DNA of 63,911 bases, counting the filler, from Reclinomonas americana ATCC 50394 (Eukaryota), in the NCBI GenBank assembly GCA_048213135.1. It is 21 parts of 21 records of this genome, joined end to end, with 100 filler letters (N's around TTAATTAATTAA, not from the genome) between each part and the next. Parts side by side here need not be neighbours in the genome. Positions count along the whole stretch, not along the records: positions 1 to 4,507 come from AFZH01017270.1; positions 4,608 to 6,981 come from AFZH01017271.1; positions 7,082 to 8,649 come from AFZH01017272.1; positions 8,750 to 10,037 come from AFZH01017273.1; positions 10,138 to 11,931 come from AFZH01017274.1; positions 12,032 to 17,932 come from AFZH01017275.1; 15 more parts are not named here. One strand, 5' to 3'. The notes beneath the pieces are model-generated. The model was not told where the DNA came from. It worked only from the letters and a program-made list of their open reading frames with translations, and did not search any database. Position 1 is the stretch's first letter; every line of letters begins with the position of its first letter. This document shows, one piece after another, positions 1 to 12,180 of this stretch. The position numbers and the translations under genes are program-made.

Positions 1-33
1 GAACGAACGGAACGAACGAACGAACGAAGAAGA

Positions 34-86
<53 letters not shown>

Positions 87-286
87 CGAGAAGAGAGACA
101 AGATAAAGAACTGCAAAAAAGAAGCATTGGAGAGAACAGGAGCACAAAGGCACCACAATCATAAGAAAACACAGTGAGAATGCCAGTGAGTTGCCGGAGA
201 CAGCACAATGCGAGAACAATGCACATGATCACCACAGAAAAATGCATGCATTCACCCCTCTCTCTCTCTCTCCCTTGCTCTCTCAC

Positions 287-504
287 CTTCCCCATCCCAA
301 CAAGTTGAACACCTCATCCGAGGTATACAACGACCGCGGTGCTCCCACAGTCACATCAAACAACTCTTGCTCTCCTCCTCCTCCTCTTGCGAATCCATTC
401 GTGTGAGGAGTGTGTGTGCGCAAGGAGGACCAGTCACTGCTCTGCTGCTTGTGCTCGGAGACAGGCCCGTCTCCGTTGGTGGAGGAGAGCAGAGGGCGGT
501 CCAT
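287..504 (-). CDS. First exon of a probable MFS transporter (SVOP/SV2-like), 3' part outside window
   Basis: MDRPLLSS...LYTSDEVFNLLGWGR followed by an AG|GTGAG donor. It resembles the 'YTxDEAxxxxGxGRFQ' motif that precedes TM1 of SVOP-like MFS proteins. Confidence 0.5.
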
Positions 505-828
505 TGTCGGCGCTCCTCTTGGAAATATGCGCGTGTCCTCCTTCGTGGTCAAGCAACTTCGCGTGGTTCTTGTGGGCAACGTACGGGATGCAATGCGCCT
601 TGTCACTTGTGGTGTTTGTAATACCCGAGCTGAGTGGCGACGAAGCTGTTCTGTCGCGCACCACCTCTTGTTTTGTCAGCCATTTCGACGTGGGATTTGT
701 GGACGTTTGTCGCATGTATTGGAACGTGTTTTGTTTGTTTTGACGGTGATCAACGCGAAGGGCACGGACGCGTGGACGCCTGCTTGAACAGAGGCCAGCA
801 GCAGCCCATTGCAGAGCATGTGTCTGTG

Positions 829-1037
829 CTATGCGGTGAAGATCGCAGTACGTTCTCGCCTTGTTCGAAGCTCCGAGAGCAAACGCACACAAGAAACCGT
901 GCACGTGCCGCTGTCGGATACGGCTCAACTTGGTCATCAAGACAGATGTTGCTTTGCCTGTGTTCTGCAGAGCGCTGTTCATCCTGGCCCGATTGCAGCG
1001 TCTGTGGAGCACAGCGCTGAAGTTTGTGGTCGTGCTC
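829..1037 (+). repeat. Dispersed repeat family, copy A (partial)
   Basis: Shares tatgcgg-gaagatcgcagt...ggatacgg-t-aacttggtcatcaagacag-tgttgctt with 39148-39510 and with the reverse complement of 62465-62823. Confidence 0.8.
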
Positions 1038-1365
1038 CTTTTGCTCCCATTGAATTAGTGGCCCCCTCGCAACGTATAGCGCGCTCAACGCCTGTTATCA
1101 ACGGGTGCTCTTGGCCAAAGTAGCCAGGCAAGTCAGCGGAATTCGCCTGGCGTCTGCAGCCGCGGAGTGGACGAGCAAAGCTTCCTTTTGCTCTGGCAGC
1201 CGTGGCACGAGAGGACTTCTGATCGCAACAACCATGACAATGAGCAACGAAACGCGGCTAACCACGCAGACGCAAGCACTCACCTGCAAGTCGACGACCA
1301 CCGGCATTTTTCCGACGACAACTCTGACGACGACCAACGATTCTCTCTCACAATCTCCATCTCCT

Positions 1366-1902
1366 TCACTCAGTCTTCTCATGCACACCCTCGCCTGCCG
1401 CCGCCGCCACGGCGCCACCTACCGTGCGCACCGAGCGAATGTAGTGCTCCACCATCACCTCACTCGGCACATGCACATAATAGGTCACATCCAGTCGCCG
1501 CGAATCATTAGTCACCAGCGTCACTCGCACGCCGACAACTCCATCGTCATCATCGCGCGAGTCCGCGTTCTTGCTGTAGTGTCGCTCCACCTGTGGCCGC
1601 CCCTCCACGCGCACACACAGGTTGCGTTCCATGTCGGTGACATACGACGGTGCCATCTCCTCGCGTGAGGTGCACACCACTTGGCGAGTGTCCTCATGAT
1701 CAGCAGCAGCTGCTGGTGGTGGTGCATCAGTGGTCGTGGTGGTGGAGGAGGCGGCCAGCACAGAGGCATTGAGTGTGACTTTGCAGTCGGGCGCCAGTGC
1801 GCTGAGCACGGCGTCCAGGTTGCCGGCGTTGAAGGCGTCGAGGTAGGCAGTCACCACGGAGACTGCAGAGTCGGAGGGTGAGACGGGTGATTCGGCGCTC
1901 AT
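1366..1902 (-). CDS. SnoaL-like/NTF2-fold protein, intronless
   Basis: VVTAYLDAFNAGNLDAVLSALAPDCKVT is a typical SnoaL-like N-terminal motif. ATG at 1902, stop at 1366. Confidence 0.7.
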   Translation of the reverse strand: MSAESPVSPSDSAVSVVTAYLDAFNAGNLDAVLSALAPDCKVTLNASVLAASSTTTTTDAPPPAAAADHEDTRQVVCTSREEMAPSYVTDMERNLCVRVEGRPQVERHYSKNADSRDDDDGVVGVRVTLVTNDSRRLDVTYYVHVPSEVMVEHYIRSVRTVGGAVAAAAGEGVHEKTE

Positions 1903-2096
1903 GGAGGGGAACAAAGAAGGGATGATTGAGAGGACATGAAGTTGTCGATTGGTGTTGTTCACTCGTGCTCAAGTTGTGTGGTGAGGCAATGAAGGGCTTT
2001 TGTAATTAATGGGCATAGAGTAGTCAGCGATGCAGTGCTGGAGTAAAAGGCCGGCAACAACAACAAATGCAAACAATGTACAGAGTGTAACCCTCT

Positions 2097-3925
2097 TTAG
2101 TCGTCGTCCTCGTCGTCGTCGTCCTCGTCGTCGTGGTCATACCCGCTACCATAGTACTCGCCGTACTCGTCGTCGTCGTCATCGTCGTACTCGTCGCAGT
2201 CGGCGTACTCGTCATCATCATCATCGTCGCCTTCCTCTTCCCCGTCGTCGTCTGCATCCTCCGGATCCGCGCCATCGTCAACGTCCTCCTTCTTGACGAC
2301 ACTCGCGACGGCCGCGGAACCCGGCTTCCGACGGTTGTTGTAGTCGCCGAGAAGGGAGTCGAGTCCGTTGCTCTCGATGATATCCACCAGCACGTCGGGC
2401 TCCACCGACGCGACCAGCTGCGCCAGTGCATCCGCCGACAATGCCGAGAAGTCTGTGTCGCCAGCAGTGAGTGACATGCACGCCCACACAACAGAGAGAG
2501 AGTCGCCTCACCGAGTGGCCCGCCGTCAATCATCCCCAACGATGCCGCCACCTCTGCCATCCTCTCCAAAGGTGGCAGTGCCGGATTCGATGCGACCACC
2601 CTCGTGCCATGCAGCTTGTCGTCGTCCGCCTTGGCCGGTGGTGCAGCCGCGGTTGTCGCAGTTGTAGATGACGCTGCTCCATCGACCTCGACGCCCCCTG
2701 CCTTATTGCTGTTCTTCTTCCTCCTCCTCCGCCTCTTCTTCTTGCTGGCTTCGGCCACCGGCGCTGCTGATGTTGCTGCCTTGTTGCTCTTCTCGCTTGC
2801 AATTGCCGCCTTCTTCCCACTCTTGCCCTTGCCGACCGCCTCGTCGTCGTCGTCGTCGTCGTCATCGCTGGCCATCAGTCCCAGGGCCCTCATCTCCTCT
2901 TCGTCGCGCTTGGGGTTCTCCTCCCGCCACTGCCACACGCTGATAACTCCTTGCGCGTCGCCACTCACGACGTACTTGCCGCAAGGCGAGACGGCGATCG
3001 TTTGCACGATTACCTCGTGCGCATGCCACTCGTGTACCTTTCTGCCATTCGCCATGGAACAGATACCGCAGTCGCCTTCGCTATCGGCGTAGACAAAGTG
3101 CTTGCCGTCGGGGGTGACGGCGAGCGCGCTCACCGAATTGAGTTGGGTCTCGAACTTTGGATCCCAGTCGCCCATCTCATCGTCATCGGAATCCACATCC
3201 ACGGCGTCATCCAGAGACCACACACCCACGTCATCGTCGCCGGCGACCACGTGCCGGCCATCGGGACTGAAGGCGGCGCATTTTACCGAACCAAAGTGCC
3301 CCGACAGCGGCTCCTCGCCGTTCCCCAGCGACCACAGGCACATGGAACCGCTCTCGCTGACGCCGATCACATACTGCCCCTCATCCTCGTCGACGACTGG
3401 CGACGCGGCGACCGCATCGACCCCTTCGTAGATGCCGTGCAATCGGTGCTCGCACTTCCCAGTCGCCAGCGACCACACGCCCACGAACATGTTGTAGCCC
3501 GCGGTCACCACGCGCCGTCCATCGGGGGTGATCGCGATCGACGGAACTCCTCCTCCGTGTCCACTCAGCTGCCGCACCTGTTGGCCTGTGGCCAGCGACC
3601 ACACGCGAATGGTGCTCTCATCGCCGCTACTCACAATGTGCTGCCCATCCGGGGTGACAGCGACACAGAACACAGGGCCAGTGTGGCCCTTGTACTGGCG
3701 CACTCGCCGGCCAGTCTTCAGCAGCCACAGGCGCACCACCTTGTCATCGCCGCCGCTGACAATGTGTTGGCCGTCGGGGGTGATGGCGACCGAGAACACA
3801 ATCTCCTTGTCGGCTTGCCAGGAGTATGTGAACTCGGTGAGGCGTTTGTGGCGAGAGGAGGGACTGGAAGAGATACCGAAGAGAGGGATAGAGAATGAGG
3901 CGCGCAACGTGGGATTATCCGCCAT
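2097..3925 (-). CDS. WD40-repeat protein (~7 repeats) with basic patch and acidic tail; exons 3925-2512 and 2452-2097
   Basis: Repeated GH...VAVTPDGQHIVSGGDD..VRxW units, KKKRRRRRKK motif, GT-AG intron 2511-2453, and a D/E-rich C-terminus ending at TAA 2097. Confidence 0.85.
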
Positions 3926-4116
3926 TCTTGGCGCAGCGATCGACAAGGAGCTGCAATGCACCCAGAGGACACGTCATCGAACGTCACCGAGTGCGTTCTC
4001 GAAGCCGCGAAATCGGTGAGCCAGTGTCAGAGAATGAAGAAGGGATACTGAACACGCGCTCATGTCAGAGAACGACGCGCACATTGGCAACAGCATGGTA
4101 GCGTTTATTTTCAACT

Positions 4117-6931
4117 TTACTTGTACAGCGCGGCCTGGAGGTCAGGCAAAACCGACCCGATGACACGAACGAGCAGTCCGCCACTCCCGGCTGCACCCAG
4201 AGACCACACCCACATCGCCTTGCCACTGCCGCATACGATGCGTTCACCATCGGTGGTGATGGCAACAGACTTTATCGGCGCAGTGTGCCCCTCCAACCGG
4301 TGCACTTCTTCGCCGCTCGCCAGCGACCACACGCGCACCGTCTTGTCCTCACTTCCGCTCACCACAAGCTGGCCGTTGGGAACAACGGCGACAGACCGCA
4401 CCATATTCGTGTGACCCAGCAGTCGTCGCACCTCTTCGCCACTTGCCAGTGACCACACACGTACCGTGTTGTCCAAGCTTCCGCTGACAATCAGCCGGCT
4501 GTCGGGTNNNNNNNNNNNNNNNNNNNNNNNNNNNNNNNNNNNNNNNNNNNNTTAATTAATTAANNNNNNNNNNNNNNNNNNNNNNNNNNNNNNNNNNNNN
4601 NNNNNNNAACGTGCTTGCCGTCGGGAGTGACGGCAACAGACGACACGCCAGCATCATGTCCAGCAAACTTTAGCACTTCGGCGCCGGTCGCCAGAGACCA
4701 CACACGCACCTTTTCGTCGTCACCCCCACTGACAATGTGCTGCCCGTCGGGGGTGACAGCTATGGAGGTCACGGTATCGCTGTGCCCCTTGAACGGCTTC
4801 CGCGGCCACATCACACTCGTCACATCCGCCTCCCGAAAGTCAGCCTCACGCGCAAACGCCATGCACAGGTTCGCCCCTCGCAAATCCGCTCCTCGCCACA
4901 CCGTTCGGTGCATCACCGCATCGCGCAGATCCGCACCCCTCACTCGCACACCCGACAGATCTCGCCCACTGAACGGCACCTCTGCGAGGCACAGTGCACT
5001 GGCTGCACTCGACGCCAATGCCGCCATCCTCTCATCTTTCCGTGACGCCACAGTGGCATTCCACAACACGTCATGCAGCGACGGCTCGGCTCGTACTTGC
5101 TCGGCGACGAATGACAGAACGGAGCTGAGGCCCTGCATGAACGGCAGCGGAGTGAGCATAAAGTACATGCTGACATCTCGTGCTTTCTACGCTCACTTCG
5201 TCCGAGGTAAGCAATGTTCGCTGGCCACTGAAGCTGGAGCACAGTCTGTCGACTCGATCCTACCGGCGACAACGACAACCAGCGAATCAATAAAAAAAAT
5301 TGCGCGAGCCACAAGGCTCAGTGCACACAGCAGTCGCCCACCTCCCAATCGGCCTCCTCGTTGGCCAACACATGCACATCTGCGAGCCACGATTGCGCAG
5401 CAAAGTACTCCAGCACAGACTTGTGCACAAACTCCACGCGTTGTTGCGATACCCCCAGTCGGCTCCACTTTAACAACGCCTGTGCCAGCTCTTGCAAATG
5501 AACACAGCGGCGTCGATGGCGCAGCAAGCACAGAGCAAATGACGCAACAGCGCGCACAAGCGAATTCTGCGACGGATCATCACGGTCGAACCACTTGTCC
5601 CACACGTGTCGCTCCGCAATGACGCGCTGCAGAAAACCAGCGAGAGCGTGAGACGATAAACGCAGTGAGAGAATAGGGTTGCCGTTCAACGTACCTCGCC
5701 CTGCCGCACAGATGTCAGTGAGTGCTGCATCATTTCGCCGGCGAGATCCGAGCAAAAGTCCCACACACGAAGGCAAAAGTCCTCTTCCGACTCCCCGTCG
5801 CCATACAGCTGCGGGCCGAGTGGTCATTTCACAACGTACCCACGCATGAATTGCTCATTAGCGATACCTGCCACACACCTGTCGAATGTGCACCTGATGA
5901 TGCTCGAATTCCCATCGCAGCTTGTGTTTGGCAAACGCCTCGTACAAACGTGCACGAGTCACACGCGTCGCAGATGGCGCAGAAGCGTGGCCGTGATACA
6001 GCCTTTCCAAATCCTCCGTCACCACAACAATCATGTTCAACATGAGTGGCTACATGCGCGAAACAAAGGTCAACGAACAAAACGAGACGAGCATCGAATT
6101 CCTTCAGCAACCAGCGACTCACCGACGACGCCAGCCCGTCCAGCCCAGGCGTGTGCTCGATCTGTTGCTTGTGTTGCTGCCACGAACGCGGGTGGTCCGC
6201 GCGTGACTCCACAAATCTACTCGCGCACACAATCGCAGTGTGAGCCCAAGGCACAAGAGATTACACAAAACGGAATCACACTCAACTGTTGCAGAAAGAG
6301 GTCAATGTCGTCCTTCGAAAACAGGCGCAGCATGCATCGCGCCATCGTGCGCTCCGGCTGCTGCAAACGCGCCGCACGCGACAGGCGCGGATCCACGGGC
6401 ACAAAGTGCTCCTCGGCCCACAAGTTGCCGAGTCGGCTGATGAACTCGCGTCGCACCGACACCACCAGCAACACATTTGGCCATCTCTGCATTTGTGGAA
6501 AGGTTAAGCTCTCTTTCTTGCGCTCTCACTGGCGGTCAGTGTCACGTCGCAACATCGAGCTCGTGGTGGACATACAAATTGCCCGGTGGTTCGCCACACT
6601 CATCGTATCCATCGAGGACCAGTACGACTGTGCCGACACGCCGAAACTGCACAATGCAGCCTCCGTAAAGATACACACACATACACACCTATACACCCAC
6701 ACATACGCACCTCGTCCTCTGTCATTTGAAGTCGTTCTTCCATCGCCGCTTCGTTGGCCTCGCGCAAGAGGTGAGGCAGCAGGGCTTCAGGTTTGCGCAG
6801 CACTTCAGCGCGAGGAATGCCAGCCAGACGAGCCGACAGCACCAATGTGTCGTCGCGCCGGTGCAGGCGAGTGGTCAGCTGACGCAGAAGTACGGACTTG
6901 CCGCCACCGGACCATCCGGACACCACCAGTA
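4117..6931 (-). CDS. NACHT/STAND NTPase + pentapeptide repeat + WD40 (NWD/NLR-like) protein, multi-exon, 5' end incomplete
   Basis: Walker A GWSGGGKS, Walker B VVLVLDGYDE, VVSVRREF, FVHKSVLEYFAA, pentapeptide GADLRDA..GADLRGANL, and WD40 repeats VRVWSLASGEEV. Spans the gap at 4508. Confidence 0.85.
4508..4607. other. Artificial scaffold spacer (one of 20 in the window)
   Basis: N-run + TTAATTAATTAA (stops in all frames) + N-run, 100 nt. Repeated at about 6982, 8650, 10038, 11932, 17933, 19632, 23095, 26857, 29498, 30805, 32707, 34567, 37424, 40228, 47976, 49516, 53429, 60174 and 61808. Confidence 0.99.
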
Positions 6932-8244
6932 CCTGCCGAGAAGGAAGCAGAAAAGTGAGTGTACAAAGAGAGAGAGGCGATNNNNNNNNNNNNNNNNNNN
7001 NNNNNNNNNNNNNNNNNNNNNNNNNTTAATTAATTAANNNNNNNNNNNNNNNNNNNNNNNNNNNNNNNNNNNNNNNNNNNNGTGAGCTGCCTCTTTGTCG
7101 CGATCACCCTCGTGCATGCTGGCCACATTGTCGGTGGACGCCTCGTGTTGCGGACGGTGACGATGAAAGGCCGAGTTTATAGCCCCTGCGACACGATGCA
7201 CGCACACCTCACCGTGATGCGTTGCCGGTTGTGGGGCGATGAAAACACTCGAGAGAATAGATATCTTAGGAGGCCACGAGGCACTTACACAGTCCACACG
7301 CACGCATGCAGTTGGCAAGCACGAGGGGAGTTGATCGCGACAGGAGTTGCAGTGGGCGACGCACGGGTGCACTGCCTGCGTGCGAGTGAGCGGGGTGTGG
7401 TCGGAAGTTTGTGTGTGTGTGTTGTGCATGTGCATCTGCACATGGACACACTCTCACGCACTCTCTCTCGCCCTCACTCACTTCACTTGCCTGTTGGTGT
7501 GCATCCGTGCTGCGTCCTCGCCAATGATGATCATCAATTAAGGAAGGAGACGCACACACTGAAAAACACGCACGCGCACACGCACACACAGACACTTTGC
7601 ACATGCACATGTGTGTGTGATGCCGCCTGTGCGCACTCTGCATTCTCCTCTCGCACTTTTGCTCCCCTCTCTTTCGTGTTTCGTGCACGCTCGTCCCAGG
7701 TTGTGCGCAGGTGACCTCGTCACCTTGCAATTGCCACTGTGGTGCGGAGTGTGCACGAAGAAAGAGAGTTGAGTGAATGAGAGACGGGAAGGGAGAAGTG
7801 CGAGTGTGCTGGTCGGTCTTGCACTCTGTGTGTGTGTGTCTGTCTCTGTGTGTGTGTGCTGTGCAAGTGTGTGCTGTCCATGAGATTCCGTTACACTTGA
7901 TCTGACGGCCAACACGCTGCAACAGAGATAGAAGGGAGAGAAGGAGAGAGCGAAACCTCTCAATTACTGCCAATCATAGTGCCACCCTCACCCACACTCC
8001 GAAAGAGAGAAAACAGAGCCACACGATTACTACCTCGCCCACACTCTCACTGACAATCACAGTGCAGCCCTCATCCACCCTCCTCCCTATCTCTGTCACC
8101 ACAATGAAACGCTGAGATCTCCTGTTGTCCATCTCTGTGTCTCCCATTCACTGTGCGCAGAACAAGCGCCACCACACACAAAAAGACAAACTGTGAAACA
8201 AACCCCCCACACGACTCTCCCCCCCAAACTCTGCGTCCTCCACC

Positions 8245-10515
8245 TTAGGGCTTGCAGCGACCCATCATGCGCGCAAACATTGGCACGTCACGAATGTGCG
8301 GCACGTTGGCCATCCACATCACAAAGCGCTCCACACCGAGACCGAAGCCACCGTGCGGGCATGAGCCGTAGCGGCGCTGATCAATGTACCAGTAGTAGAC
8401 GTCGGGAGCAATGCCGGCGCGTTGGAAGCCAGCAATCAGTTTCTCCTGCACGCGAGCAGTGAGGTTCACATGATTTGTGGAACAAAGTGAGAGAGAGGGA
8501 GAAAGGGAGAGCGCGATGGAAAGACAAGAGCAGGCTTGCCTGTGATGTGCCCCACACAACAGACGACCCGAGTTGTCACCAAAATGACACACACTCACTA
8601 TCACCCACAGGCACCCGCGTGCACAGAAATCTATTCACGACAAAATGCTNNNNNNNNNNNNNNNNNNNNNNNNNNNNNNNNNNNNNNNNNNNNTTAATTA
8701 ATTAANNNNNNNNNNNNNNNNNNNNNNNNNNNNNNNNNNNNNNNNNNNNCCTCCTTCCTCCCCCCTCCCCCCTTCCTCCCTCCCTCCCCCCTTCCTCCCC
8801 TCCCTCCCCCCCTTCTCCCCTCCTACCCCCTTCACCCACCTCCTCCCATATGCGCATGGATCCACCGACAATCTCGCCCACACCCGGCGCCAGCAAGTCC
8901 ACACTCTCCGTCAAGTCCTCCTCTCCCGGCACCGGCTGCATGTAGAACGACTTCATGGCCGCCGGGAAGTGCGTGAGGAACACCGGCTCGCCAATGAGCT
9001 CCAACATCTTGCGCTCGGGGGCGTCGGAGATATCCTGTCACGCCAATCCATGTCAGCAACCTCCACTACTCCTCCCCCTTCTCCTCCTTCTCCTGCCAAC
9101 AAGTGCACGCACATCGCCATACTCAAACTGCTCGCCCTTGTCGTTCTTGGCAATGCCGTGCTCCTGGCAAAAGGCGATGGCCTCCGAGTAGCGCATGCGG
9201 CGGAACGGTCGCTGCCACACCTTGAAATCCGGGTTCATCTCCAGCAACTCCGCGCCGTGCGCCTCCAGCATGCGGCGCGACACGTCGCACACCATGTCCT
9301 CCAGGTAGCCGAGCAGCTCCTCAAAGGTGATGAACGGCATCTCACCCTCCAAGTGAGTGAACTCGGACAAGTGACGGCGAGTGTGGCTCTGCTCAGCGCG
9401 GTACGACGGAAGAATGCAGAACACGTCGCCCAGCGAGGTGTTCACGGTCTCCAAGTAGAGCTGGGAGCTCTGCGTCAGGTAGGCCTGCGCAGCAATGATG
9501 AATGACGACGACGATGAGAACTGGAACAGGGCAACCACGACTGGAACTGGATCACACCTTCTCGCCAAAGTAGTTCAGCTCAAACAGCGTGGAGCCACCC
9601 TCCACCTGCGTCTGCACCAGGGTCGGCGGCATCACCTCGTGGAAGTTCTTCTCGAAGAAGTGGTCGCGGAGGGCGCGGATGATCCAGTCACTGAGTGGAG
9701 AGTGAGCAAGCAGCATCGCCCGCAGGACTCGAACGCTGCCTTCTCTACTCACCGCATGCGCATGATCTTGGTCACGCGGTCGCCGCGCAGCGTCAGATGC
9801 CTGTTGTCCATCAGCGTGTCGACGTTCGAGTCGGGGTTCACACGCATCGTGAACGACGGATCGGCACGGTGAATCGTGCGCCAGAAATCGGCACGAATCT
9901 CAAAGCCTCCCGGCGCACGCTCGTCACGCGCCAACTCGCCCACCACCTCCACCGACGACTCCTACTCACGAAATCATCAGCTACACATGAATCCACACCA
10001 TGGTCGCAGCGGCGTACGCACCAGCGTGAGATCCAGTNNNNNNNNNNNNNNNNNNNNNNNNNNNNNNNNNNNNNNNNNNNNTTAATTAATTAANNNNNNN
10101 NNNNNNNNNNNNNNNNNNNNNNNNNNNNNNNNNNNNNGAGAGACGCAACTCGCTGCTCGCGTGTATCCGCCTCCTTGTCGCGCTTCTTTGCCTCGGGTAA
10201 TCACCATCGCACACACACGCAAGAGAGAGAGAGAGGTTGCTGTCAGCACACACACACGCGCGCGCACTTGGGACATGTCTCATCGCGCACGTGCGCGACT
10301 TATCTGCACGCTTCTTCTGCAGCTTCTTGAACTGCGCCTGCGACATCTCCTCACCCGTCTCCGGGTCCACCACCTTTAAAAGCGCGCGTGAGACAACTGA
10401 CGCACTTGAAAGCATGACATAGACTCAACTCACTCACCATTACTTTCTTCTGCTCCGGGGCCGCTGCCGCCGCCGCTGTCGAGCTGCTTCCACCCTCTTC
10501 TGCGTGATCGCTCAT
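8245..10515 (-). CDS. NARS1: Cytoplasmic asparaginyl-tRNA synthetase, multi-exon, spans two gaps
   Basis: [89 protein letters not shown]. Confidence 0.96.
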
Positions 10516-10569
10516 GTCAAATGTCAAACAAACAAAACAAGTTCGAAGTGCGGAAAATTCATCGCCTAT

Positions 10570-12120
10570 AGATGGACCTTTGAAGTGCAGCAGGCGGTGG
10601 AAGGTGCTGGTGTGCCCGTTTGCCTGCGCCATGTCGATGGGCGTGGCACCGGTGCCGTCGACAATGGTTACGGAGAATGGCTTGCGGCGTGCGAGGAATT
10701 CGGCGGCTTCGGTGCGGCCGAGGCGCGCGGCAATGTGGATGGGCTGCGAAAGGGAAAGGGAAAGGGGGGAGTTGGAGGGAAGTTATAGAGGTGCAGAAGC
10801 ATGCTGTAAAGCAAGGCAGCTGTTGTGCTGTTTCAGAACCAGTCGCGAGAGAAGGACATACTGGCAGTGGCACATGCGAAAGGAAGCACTTCCACAACTG
10901 CATCGGCTGCAACAAGCCGGGTCGGCTGGGCTATCTCTATCCTCGCTGAACTGGCGATAGCTCAGAGCGTAGACGCACGCCAAGATGTATCGACAGACAT
11001 ACTGGACTTATCTCAGCTTCCTCTCACTTGCAGACCAGGCAATAATTCAGAGCCGTATGAACGAAAGGAGAAAGCACTGCCACAAATGCATCGTCATCAA
11101 GGAGACAGGGCCTGCTGGACTGAGAACCTCTCAATTACAGAAGTGCAGATTGATCAGAAGAGAAGAAACGCCAAGAATGCGAGATGTATCGGAAAGGCAT
11201 ACTGGACTTATCTCAGCTTCCTCTCACTTGCAGTAGTTCAGAGCGTCACATGAACGAAAGGAGAAAGCACTTCCACAGCATCGGCTGCAACGAGGCCAGG
11301 CCTGCTGGACTATCTCTGCCTTCCTCTCACCTGCAGCACTGCTGATAGGTCAGAAGAGAGGACGCACGCCAAGAATGCGAGATGTATCGAAAGACATACT
11401 GGACTTATCTCAGCTTCCTCTCACTTGCAGACGTAGCGATAATTCAGAGCCGTATGAACGAAAGGAGAAAGCACTGCCACAAATGCATCGACCGCAACGA
11501 GGCAAGGCCTGCTGGACTGAGAACCTCTCAATTGCAGAAGTGCAGATAGATCAGAAGAGAAGACGCACGCCAAGAATGCAAGATGTATCGCAAATACATA
11601 CTGGACTTATCTCAGCTTCCTCTCACTTGCAGACCAGGCGACACATGAACGAAAGAAGAAAGCACTTACACAACTGCATCGTCATCAAGGAGACAGGGCC
11701 TGCTGGACTCTCAATGCCTTCTCTCACACGCAGAAATGAAGGTGGCGGAGAGCCATAGAAGCATGAAAGAAGAAATTAACTGCAGAACTGCGTCTGCAAC
11801 GAGACTGGGAACAAGATGGCACAGGCCCACGAGAATGCCAAGAACACAAGAACAAAGCACTTCAACGCTGCATCAAAATCAACGGCCGTCTCTCTCTCTC
11901 TCTCTCCTCCCTCCCTCTCTCTCCTACTCTCNNNNNNNNNNNNNNNNNNNNNNNNNNNNNNNNNNNNNNNNNNNNTTAATTAATTAANNNNNNNNNNNNN
12001 NNNNNNNNNNNNNNNNNNNNNNNNNNNNNNNGACGACGACCGACCGACGAACGACGTACGAACGAACGAACAACGAAACAACAACACTACTACTACGTAC
12101 ACGACTACTAACTACACGAC

Positions 12121-12180
<60 letters not shown>

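Noticed and set aside
4552..4563. TTAATTAATTAA palindrome recurring 20 times
   Set aside because: Always centred in N-runs, so it is an artificial all-frame-stop scaffold linker.
7082..8200. Candidate 5' exons/effector domain of the NWD gene
   Set aside because: Dominated by CA/GT microsatellite-like sequence, and no frame could be linked across the gap.
10998..11632. CRISPR-like array (36-bp identical repeats)
   Set aside because: Spacers are ~165 bp and homologous to each other, the context is a eukaryotic intron, and there are no cas genes. Treated as a tandem repeat.
12032..12122. ACG/TAC-rich strings at contig ends (also 1-30, 18033-18055, 23000-23094)
   Set aside because: They abut gaps and microsatellites and look like low-quality read tails, not telomeres or real repeats.
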